Notes under the pieces: model-generated | What the model saw: only the letters and a program-made list of their open reading frames with translations | The model's database searches: none | Told to the model about the DNA's origin: nothing | Position numbers and translations under genes: made by a program | Shown here: positions 56,523 through 64,000 of the stretch, in pieces | Layout: each line of letters starts with the position of its first letter | How positions within the stretch are numbered: the first letter of the stretch is position 1 | DNA from: Candidatus Multivoradales bacterium | GTDB lineage: Bacteria; Acidobacteriota; Thermoanaerobaculia; Multivoradales; Multivoraceae | Assembly (NCBI GenBank): GCA_965223325.1 | Contig: CBDCWI010000002.1 | Span: forward strand, 2,432,001-2,496,000 | Length of the DNA stretch: 64,000 nt | Direction of reading: 5' to 3'

Positions 56523-58092
56523 CGCGCAACTCCTCCGGCGAAGGGAGCACCCGAAACGCCTCGATGCGCTGCTCGAGGCCGCGCAGAGAGAGCTCGCCCA
56601 GGGCCTGGACCTCGTAGTGTTGGGCAATCGCCTTACGAGTCGGGCTCCCGACGACGATCCAACCCGGCTGGGCCACGGTCGACTCGAGTCGAGCGGCGAC
56701 GTTTACGGTGTTGCCGAGCACCGTGTAGTCGACGCGCTGCTCCGACCCCACGTCGCCGACCACCACCGGCCCACTGTAGATGCCGACCCGACACTCGACC
56801 TCTGGAAGGTGCGCCTCGCGACGCTCATCGTTCCAGCGGTGCATCGCGCGCTGAATCGCGACCGCAGCTCGCACACCTCGGAGGGCGTGATCGTCCTGGG
56901 CGACCGGGGCGCCGAAAAAGGCCATGACGCAGTCACCGATGAACTTATCGAGCGTCCCTCCATGCTCGAAGACGCAAGCAACGGCGAGGTTGCAGTATTC
57001 GGCGAGGATCGAGGCAACCTGCTCGGGCGTCGCACGCTCGGAGTAGGCGGTAAACCCGACCAGGTCTGCAAACAGCACCGTCACGTCGGCGGAACGGATG
57101 GTTGAGGTCTCGCCTTCCTCGCGGTCACGCAGGACCTCTTCGACGACTCGCGGAGAGTGGTAGCGCTCGAGTCGGTTTCGACGCACCCGCTCTCGCAGGC
57201 GCCCCACCGCTACCGCCGCGTAGTTCGCCAGCGCGATCAGATAGTCGAGATCTTCGGCCTCGAACTCGCCGCTGAGACGTCGCGAGTCAACCTGGATGAA
57301 GCCACTGATTCCGCCGTCGGTCCAAAGCGGCGCGCACATTGCCGCTTCGATCCCATGAATGCGGATCGACTCACCCCCGCCAACGAGACGTTCGTCGCCC
57401 TCGGCATTGAAGGTCAAAAGCGCCACCTGCTCGCGCATGACGGCTTCGAGAATCGCGCGCGACACGGGAACCTGCTCCATCGGCGGGCGGTGGGTGATCT
57501 CACTGCCGACCCGCACGAGGGCGGGGCGCGCCTCACCCGGCGCGCCGAGCAGAATCATCCCGCGCTCGACACCGAGGGTGTCGAATGCCTCGTCGAGTAC
57601 CGCCTCGAGCACCCCGTCGATCGACTGCTGATCGATGAACCGCCGACCCAGTCGACTGAGCGAACGCAGGTAGTTGCGCTCGCGCCGGATCTCGGCCGAG
57701 GCGTCGTCGATCGGAACCTCTGCCACCAGGCTGTCTTCGATCTCTGACCACGACCCCAGCGACTCGATCGGGCGAATCAACCGGGCGTCGCGCAACGCCG
57801 GGAAGCGCTCCTCCGGCGTCGGCACGACGGTCAGCTGGAAGACGCCGAGCTTGATTCGGTCGCCACGCTCGAGAAGATGGGCGCGTACCCTCTCACCGTT
57901 GACTTCGACACCGTTGGTGCTGCCGATATCGTGAATGACGAATCCGCTGCTCTCGTTGCGAATCTCGGCGTGGCGGCGCGACACAGAGAAGTCGGGCAGC
58001 ACGACGTCGTTGTCGCTGCCGCGACCGATCCGCAGGATCTGGGTGAGGTCGACCGTTCTCAGAAGGTCATCGACGGTGTAGCGCAGGCGCAC
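56509..58092 (-). CDS. FHA-GAF-class III adenylate/guanylate cyclase
   Basis: IGRGSDND/VSRRHA/STNG (FHA); AMCAPLW (GAF); FADLVGFT, DKFIGDCVMA, GNTVNVAARLE. Confidence 0.93.
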   Translation of the reverse strand: MRLRYTVDDLLRTVDLTQILRIGRGSDNDVVLPDFSVSRRHAEIRNESSGFVIHDIGSTNGVEVNGERVRAHLLERGDRIKLGVFQLTVVPTPEERFPALRDARLIRPIESLGSWSEIEDSLVAEVPIDDASAEIRRERNYLRSLSRLGRRFIDQQSIDGVLEAVLDEAFDTLGVERGMILLGAPGEARPALVRVGSEITHRPPMEQVPVSRAILEAVMREQVALLTFNAEGDERLVGGGESIRIHGIEAAMCAPLWTDGGISGFIQVDSRRLSGEFEAEDLDYLIALANYAAVAVGRLRERVRRNRLERYHSPRVVEEVLRDREEGETSTIRSADVTVLFADLVGFTAYSERATPEQVASILAEYCNLAVACVFEHGGTLDKFIGDCVMAFFGAPVAQDDHALRGVRAAVAIQRAMHRWNDERREAHLPEVECRVGIYSGPVVVGDVGSEQRVDYTVLGNTVNVAARLESTVAQPGWIVVGSPTRKAIAQHYEVQALGELSLRGLEQRIEAFRVLPSPEELRDEPS

Positions 58093-58378
58093 TAGTACCC
58101 CGTACCAACGGAACGGATAGTGGCTGAGTGGATGATCGTGCTCGGTATCAAGGCGTCACGACGCAGGCATATCGGTGATCTGTCGAGGAGTCACAACGCA
58201 GAGATCGAGTGCGAGGAACGCTCAGACTCTCCCGCCGAGGCCACTCGGCGCAGCTCGCTGTGCGGTTCAATGGTACGGGGCACAAGGCGATCCTAACCCC
58301 GATGAGGTCGCCGGCTGGTTTGGCGGCTGCCGGTGAATATTCATCGTAGTTGTCGAGACATGGCACCATACGCCCCTC

Positions 58379-59290
58379 ATGCCAAAGCATCTGATTTCCC
58401 TGACCGAGACCAGCCGGGACACCCAGGCGGAACTGCTGGAGCTCGCCCTGGCGATGAAGGCCAACCCGAGCGACTGGCGCAACGCGCTCAGAGGTCGCGC
58501 GCTGGCGATGATCTTCGAGAAGAGCTCGACGCGGACCAGGGTGAGCTTCGAGATCGGCATCAACCAGCTCGGCGGACATGCAGTCTTCCTATCGAGCGAC
58601 GACTCGCAGATCGGGCGCGGCGAAAGCGCTGCCGACACGGCGCGCGTCTTGTCGCGCTACGTCGACATCATCATGGCGCGGGTCAACCGCCACGAAACCC
58701 TGCTCGAGTTGGCCGAACACTCGACCATCCCGGTGATCAACGCGCTGACCGACACCCGCCACCCCTGCCAGGGTCTGGCCGATGCCATGACGTTTCGCGA
58801 GGTCTTCGGGGGCGACACCAAGGGCCGCAAGGTCGCCTGGGTCGGAGACGGCAACAACGTCGCAGCGTCTTTTGTCCTGGCGATGGCTGCCCTCGGCCTC
58901 GACATCGCCATCGCCACGCCACCGGGGTACGAGGTCGACGACGAAGTCATCGCCAGCGCCGAGGCGCTCGGTGGAACTCTGGAAGTGAGCCATGCTCCCG
59001 AGGAAGCAGTCGTCGGCGCGTCGGCAGTGTCGACCGACGTGTGGATCTCGATGGGCCAGGAAGGCGAACGAGAAGCCCGCCAAAAAGACTTTGCCGACTT
59101 CACCGTCAACGACGCGCTGATGGCGCGGGCGCTTCCCGAGGCGACCTTCATGCACTGCCTGCCGGCCCATCGCGGCGAAGAGGTGAGCGCTGCGGTACTG
59201 GACGGCCCGCGAAGCGTCGCACTCGACCAGGCTGAGAATCGCCTCCACGTGCAGAAGGCGGTGATGGTCAAGCTCTCGGGCGACAGTTGA
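58379..59290 (+). CDS. argF: Ornithine carbamoyltransferase
   Basis: SSTRTRVSF, HPCQGLAD, DVWISMG, HCLPAHRG. Confidence 0.96.
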   Translation: MPKHLISLTETSRDTQAELLELALAMKANPSDWRNALRGRALAMIFEKSSTRTRVSFEIGINQLGGHAVFLSSDDSQIGRGESAADTARVLSRYVDIIMARVNRHETLLELAEHSTIPVINALTDTRHPCQGLADAMTFREVFGGDTKGRKVAWVGDGNNVAASFVLAMAALGLDIAIATPPGYEVDDEVIASAEALGGTLEVSHAPEEAVVGASAVSTDVWISMGQEGEREARQKDFADFTVNDALMARALPEATFMHCLPAHRGEEVSAAVLDGPRSVALDQAENRLHVQKAVMVKLSGDS

Positions 59291-59301
59291 ACCCCAGCCG
59301 T

Positions 59302-60936
59302 CTACTCGAAGGCGGTGCCGGTCCAGAAGCTCAGATCGGCGGACTCGAAGTTGTCCGACGATAGGCGCTCGACGTCTCCGAGGTGGACCGCCAGCGCCAC
59401 CTCATCGTAGAACGCACGGTCATCGGCGAGCCGCGTGTAGAAGTACAGAAGCGCCAGTCGCTGCCCGGCGAGAAACTTCGTCGGCAGGTCGATTTCCACC
59501 AGCACGTCCTCGCTGGCGGCGATCCCGACGATGAAGGCGGCGTAGTCGTCACCCTCGAGGTCATACAGTTTTCCGTCGACCGACAGTCTGACCTCGTCGA
59601 GTCGCGCCGCGGTTGGCATGAGCTTGGCGGCCGTCTCGAGGACGAGTGGCGTGGTCGCCCCGCGCGTCGCCGGAGCCACACTTCGACCGGCGCGCCGCCG
59701 CAGTCGGCAGGGCACGCACGGTGTACTGCCCGGGTTGGGCAGATTCGTCTCGCGCATGAGCTCCTGGCGACTGAGTGGGCGAATCGCAGACGACGGAAGA
59801 CTTGAGATCGTGAGCTGATGGGTCGCGTCGGGGTATTGCTGGCCAGCAAAGGCCTCGGGATCAACTCCAAAGGTCGCGTCGAGCATCTTGTCGACGCCTT
59901 CGACCCGACTGTCCTCGAAGGGCTTGCCATCCGCCGCCAGGTAGTAGCCGCCGTCGTTGCCCCAGCGCAACGACAGAAGGCCGTCGGCCGCTACCAGCTC
60001 CTGGAGAGCGCCCGGGCTCTGGTCTTCCCAGGCCGCCAGCCAGCCCGACAGGAAGGCGCTGGCAAACGACGAGCCCGGCGCATAGACCAGCGGCGTCGGC
60101 GGAATCGACTCCCGGTTCCACGTCACCAGACCGGTTCCGGGGATCAACGCGTCGTAGCCGTCTGGAGTCCCGGGGGCCGGTCGGATCGTGTTGCCTTCGG
60201 GTGCGAACTCGGCGCTGTCGAGCATGCCGACGGCGATGGTCGAAGGCTCCGAGGCGGGAAAGAGGAGCTGCTCGTGGTTCCCAGCAGCCGCCACCAGGAC
60301 CACCCCTACCTCCTCACGCATATGGGTCAGGAGCCGCGAGATTTCACACGGCACGGAGGACGGGTCGTCGCAAGGCGGGCCGTCGAGTAGGCGACCGAAG
60401 CTCATGTTGACGACTTTGGGAATCCACTCCGGGTACTCGATCGTGTGGCATAGCGCCTCGAGCACGTGCAGGTCGCTGACGTGGCCCAGCTGTTGGATCT
60501 CCTGGATCGAAGACGACTCGAGCATCCGCAGGCGCACGCCGGCCGTCGACGCTTCATGGGTCACCCGCGACACCCAGACACCGTGGCTGCTCCAGAAATC
60601 GATCACGCTCGGCTGGCCGTACTCAGGCCAGCGCGCGCCTTCCGAGGGCTGCGGCCCGCGGACCTGTTCCTCGGTTTCAACGTCGGCAGCCAGAAGCAGC
60701 GGCTCTGCTACTCCGGAGGCTTCGGGGGTACAGCCCGCCCCACGGGTCGCCTGACCAAAGAGGTATTCGCCAAACGTCCCGCAGTTGAGAACCTGCTGGG
60801 CGCGACCCGTACAGCCAGGCTCGACCCGGCTCCAGGCAACCGTGTCCTCGGCCTGGAGAGAAACCGGCGAGAGCGACAGAGACCAAGCCATGACGATGAC
60901 CGCCAGGGCCCGGCGCGCAGGTGAGAAGAGCTTCAT
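59302..60936 (-). CDS. Secreted subtilisin-like (S8) protein, divergent
   Basis: Signal peptide from ATG 60936; IDF..HG, VVNMSFG, AAAGN, GSSFASA; C-terminal SDNFESADLSFW. Confidence 0.75.
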   Translation of the reverse strand: MKLFSPARRALAVIVMAWSLSLSPVSLQAEDTVAWSRVEPGCTGRAQQVLNCGTFGEYLFGQATRGAGCTPEASGVAEPLLLAADVETEEQVRGPQPSEGARWPEYGQPSVIDFWSSHGVWVSRVTHEASTAGVRLRMLESSSIQEIQQLGHVSDLHVLEALCHTIEYPEWIPKVVNMSFGRLLDGPPCDDPSSVPCEISRLLTHMREEVGVVLVAAAGNHEQLLFPASEPSTIAVGMLDSAEFAPEGNTIRPAPGTPDGYDALIPGTGLVTWNRESIPPTPLVYAPGSSFASAFLSGWLAAWEDQSPGALQELVAADGLLSLRWGNDGGYYLAADGKPFEDSRVEGVDKMLDATFGVDPEAFAGQQYPDATHQLTISSLPSSAIRPLSRQELMRETNLPNPGSTPCVPCRLRRRAGRSVAPATRGATTPLVLETAAKLMPTAARLDEVRLSVDGKLYDLEGDDYAAFIVGIAASEDVLVEIDLPTKFLAGQRLALLYFYTRLADDRAFYDEVALAVHLGDVERLSSDNFESADLSFWTGTAFE

Positions 60937-61179
60937 GGGGCTTTCTAGAGGATAAGAGAACAAGGCTACCCCACTGAAAGCGGGCAACAAGCCATCTTAA
61001 CATAGTAATAGCCAATAGGCTATATATCACCTCACGGGGCCGCCCTCCGGGCGGATCGGCCCTCCGACGGAACGCGACTGCCCGTCGATGGCGTGTGCCT
61101 TGAATGTTGGCCCTCCTGTAGGATTTGCGGCCTGCCCAGCAAGACTTTCTCGTCTCGAGAGACCGACCCGGAACCTCCC

Positions 61180-62595
61180 ATGCAGCCCCAGAATCCTCTT
61201 CACGAGCGCTACGCCAGTCGCGACATGTCGCGGCTTTTTACGCCCCAACATCGCTACGGCACCTGGCGGCGCATCTGGATTGCACTGGCACGCGCCGAAC
61301 GCGAGCTGGGCCTGCCGATTTCAGCCGAACAGATCGCGGACCTCGAACGCGTTCGGGGGGATCTCGACCTCGCAAAGGTCGCCGAGCTCGAGCGCCAGAC
61401 CCGCCACGACGTCGTCGCCCATCTGCGGCACTACGCCGAGCAAGCCGGCGACGCTGGGGGCATTCTCCACCTGGGGGCGACGTCAGCGTTTCTGACCGAC
61501 AACACCGACGCGCTGATCATCGGTGAGGCGCTCGATCTTCTCGCCCAGCGCCTGGCCGCCGTCATGGACGAGCTCGCCGGTTTCGCCCAGAAACACCGCG
61601 ACACGCCCTGCCTGGCCTACACCCACTTCCAGCCGGCCCAGCTCACCACCGTCGGCAAACGCGCCTGCCTGTGGCTGCAGGACTTCGCCACCGACTACGA
61701 AGACCTGACCCAGAGGCGGGCCCGGCTGCGCTGTCGCGGCGTCAAGGGCACCACCGGTACCCAGGCGAGTTACTTGACGCTCCTCGAGGGCGACCACGAT
61801 AAGGTGCGCGCGCTCGATCGCAAGATCGCCACTCAGCTGGGCTTCGAGGAGAGCTGGGCGATCACCGGTCAGACCTACCCTCGCAAACAGGACTCGCAGG
61901 TTCTGGCGCTCCTCTCTGGACTCGCCGAGAGCTGTCACAAACTGGGCACCGACCTTCGCCTGTTGCAGGGCGTGGGAGAACTCGGAGAACCGTTCGACGA
62001 ACACCAGGTCGGCAGCTCCGCCATGGCCTACAAGCGAAACCCCGTGCGCGCGGAGCGTATGTGCGCCCTGTCGCGACGGTTGATGACCGACGCCCTCAAC
62101 GGCCCGCTCAACGCCGGCACCCAGTGGCTCGAACGCTCGCTCGACGACTCGGCGAACCGGCGCCTGGTTCTCCAGGACAGCTTCCTGGCTGCCGACGCCG
62201 TCTTGAGCCTCGCTTCCGGCATCGCAGCGGGTCTCACCGTGCGCGAGAGCGCCGTGGCCGCGCGGGTCGAGCGCGAGCTTCCGTTCATGGCGACCGAGAC
62301 CTTCCTCATGGAGGCTGCCCTACGCGGCGGCGATCGGCAGGAGCTGCACGAGCGCATTCGTCAGTACAGTCTCGACGCCTACGAGCGGGTCAGCCAGGGC
62401 GAAGCCAACCCGCTGGTTGAGAGCATCGCCAGAGACAGCGACTTTGGCCTCGAGCGCAGTGAGCTCGAGGCGATGCTCGACGCGACCGCCTTTACCGGGC
62501 GTTCCGCACAACAGGTGACCGAGTTCCTCGGCGAGGTCGTCGAACCCCTCCTGGCGAACGCCGAACGGGCGGCGGTCGAAGCACCGCGGATATGA
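61180..62595 (+). CDS. purB: Adenylosuccinate lyase
   Basis: RHDV, LHLGATS, YTHFQPAQ, GSSAMAYKRNP; ATG 61180. Confidence 0.96.
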   Translation: MQPQNPLHERYASRDMSRLFTPQHRYGTWRRIWIALARAERELGLPISAEQIADLERVRGDLDLAKVAELERQTRHDVVAHLRHYAEQAGDAGGILHLGATSAFLTDNTDALIIGEALDLLAQRLAAVMDELAGFAQKHRDTPCLAYTHFQPAQLTTVGKRACLWLQDFATDYEDLTQRRARLRCRGVKGTTGTQASYLTLLEGDHDKVRALDRKIATQLGFEESWAITGQTYPRKQDSQVLALLSGLAESCHKLGTDLRLLQGVGELGEPFDEHQVGSSAMAYKRNPVRAERMCALSRRLMTDALNGPLNAGTQWLERSLDDSANRRLVLQDSFLAADAVLSLASGIAAGLTVRESAVAARVERELPFMATETFLMEAALRGGDRQELHERIRQYSLDAYERVSQGEANPLVESIARDSDFGLERSELEAMLDATAFTGRSAQQVTEFLGEVVEPLLANAERAAVEAPRI

Positions 62596-63221
62596 GGGTC
62601 ATGAAGGCGCGGGTGCGATTGGTGGCTCTGGTGGTTGCCGTTGCGGCCGTGGCTGCGGCCGCGTCCTGCGGCGCCTCGGGTGCCAGTCTCGGGCCCGGCG
62701 ACCGCGAACGCGGCAAGGCGTCGTGGTACGGCGAGCCTTTTCATGGCCGGCCGACTGCCAACGGCGAGATCTACGACATGCACGCGATCTCGGCCGCTCA
62801 CCGCACACTGCCGCTGGGCACCAGGCTCGCGGTTCGAAACCTCGAGAATGGGCGATCGATCGAGGTGCGCATCAACGATCGGGGTCCGTTCGTAGGCCAA
62901 CGCATCCTCGACCTGTCGCGCGCTGCGGCCTCCGAACTCGGCATGTTGCAACGCGGTGTCGCCGAGGTCGAAATCACAGTCCTCGAAGTTCCCCCACGGC
63001 ACACCTGGCGCGTCCAGGTCGGTGCCTTCAGGAGCCCTGCCAATGCTGAGCTCACGCACGGGCGAGCGCAAAGGATAGAGCCTGAGATGAGACTCTGGAC
63101 CGAGGGGGAACTCCACCGGGTTCAGCGTCGCGGCATCACCAGTCATGGTGAAGCGCGTCGCCTCCGCAAGAAGCTACGGCGCGCCGGCTTCGACGCTGTC
63201 ATTCTGCGCGAACGCCGCTAG
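62592..63221 (+). CDS. rlpA: RlpA-family lytic transglycosylase lipoprotein with SPOR domain
   Basis: GKASWYG, TANGE, AAHRTLP, RINDRGPF, VQVGAF. Confidence 0.92.
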   Translation: MRVMKARVRLVALVVAVAAVAAAASCGASGASLGPGDRERGKASWYGEPFHGRPTANGEIYDMHAISAAHRTLPLGTRLAVRNLENGRSIEVRINDRGPFVGQRILDLSRAAASELGMLQRGVAEVEITVLEVPPRHTWRVQVGAFRSPANAELTHGRAQRIEPEMRLWTEGELHRVQRRGITSHGEARRLRKKLRRAGFDAVILRERR

Positions 63222-63237
63222 GGTCTCGCTCCTCCGC

Positions 63238-64000
63238 TCAGGCGCTCGTTTCGACCAGCTCCGCTGCAAGGACCTCTTCGAGCGCACGAACAGCGGCCAG
63301 GAGGTCGGCGCCAGGATCCGCATCGAGTCGCAAGACCGCCAGAGCCTCGGGTGTGCCCTCACCGGCCCGCTGGCGCGAGAGATGAATGTCGGCGATGTTG
63401 ATTCCCGCTTCGCCGATCAAGGTGCCAAGACGACCGACGACTCCCGGCACGTCGCGGTTGCGCACCACCAGCAGGCGCCCCTTGGGGCGGAACTCGAGCT
63501 GAAAACCCTGGAAGCTAACGACCCTGGGATCCCCTTCGCCAAACAGGGTCCCTGCGCAGTGGATCTCCCGGCCACTGCCATGAAGGGTCACGGACACCAG
63601 CTGTGAGAACTCACCCGAGCCGCTGTGGGTCGAGCGCACGAGTTGAATGCCGCGGTCGGTGGCCTGCTGTTCGGCATTGACGTAGTTGACGGCCTCGCCC
63701 AGATGCGGAGTGAGTGCACCCTTCAGAGCAGCAACACCCACCGGCACGTGCAGCGACTCCTCGACTCCGAGAAGACCGATCTCGACCTTGTCGATGCCTT
63801 CACCGAGGACCGCGCTGGCGAGGCCGCCGAGGCTCTCGGCGAGCAACAGGAAGGGCTCACCGCGACTACCAGACGGCCGGAAGGGCAGGTTGAGCGCTGA
63901 AACCGAGAGCGAGCCTGAGAGTGCAAGAAGGACATCGCGCGCCGTGTCGGTCGCCACGCGCTCCTGGGCCTCGCGGGTCGAAGCGCCAAGATGAGGTGTC
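63238..64000 (-). CDS. serA: D-3-phosphoglycerate dehydrogenase (ASB+ACT type), 5'-truncated by window edge
   Basis: TPHLGASTREAQERVA at the edge; VNYVNA; ACT domain NRDVPGVVGRLG..INIA. Confidence 0.92.
   Translation of the reverse strand, partial: TPHLGASTREAQERVATDTARDVLLALSGSLSVSALNLPFRPSGSRGEPFLLLAESLGGLASAVLGEGIDKVEIGLLGVEESLHVPVGVAALKGALTPHLGEAVNYVNAEQQATDRGIQLVRSTHSGSGEFSQLVSVTLHGSGREIHCAGTLFGEGDPRVVSFQGFQLEFRPKGRLLVVRNRDVPGVVGRLGTLIGEAGINIADIHLSRQRAGEGTPEALAVLRLDADPGADLLAAVRALEEVLAAELVETSA

Noticed and set aside
58148-58579. 143-aa and 123-aa minus-strand ORFs near argF
   Set aside because: Mostly antisense to argF with no independent coding signal.

Overview
High-GC bacterial chromosome segment, most likely Acidobacteriota (Thermoanaerobaculia-like). 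This assignment is inferred from the Cys-rich N-terminal RpoB insert, the RpoA start MLWKGFQRPKR and a C-terminal DxFESxDxSxW tail on a secreted protein. The minus strand carries the core translation/transcription superoperon: rplM-rpsI-rpsB-tsf-pyrH-frr-rlmB, tRNAs Thr/Tyr/Gly, tRNA-Thr-tuf-tRNA-Trp-secE-nusG-rplKAJL-rpoBC, and the str, S10, spc and alpha clusters to rplQ. It is flanked by an EF-G paralog and housekeeping genes (folD, coaE, ITPase, FHA-GAF-cyclase, argF, S8 protease, purB, rlpA, serA). Departures from the ordinary: (1) a three-copy array of a 79-bp double-hairpin element alternating with duplicated rpsE 5' ends between rplR and rpsE; (2) a tRNA-Gly-anchored, integrase-less 3.7-kb islet carrying a close acetylene-hydratase homolog, a divergent HxlR regulator with twin operators and an excisionase-like remnant, bordered by a tRNA-end-derived long hairpin and a 5x40-bp hairpin array; (3) absence of rpsD, rpsN and rpmG from their usual slots; (4) an inverted wzm-wzt-methyltransferase cassette between rpoC and rpsL; (5) many short tandem duplications at gene junctions. 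All family assignments come from motif recognition by eye, not from database searches.
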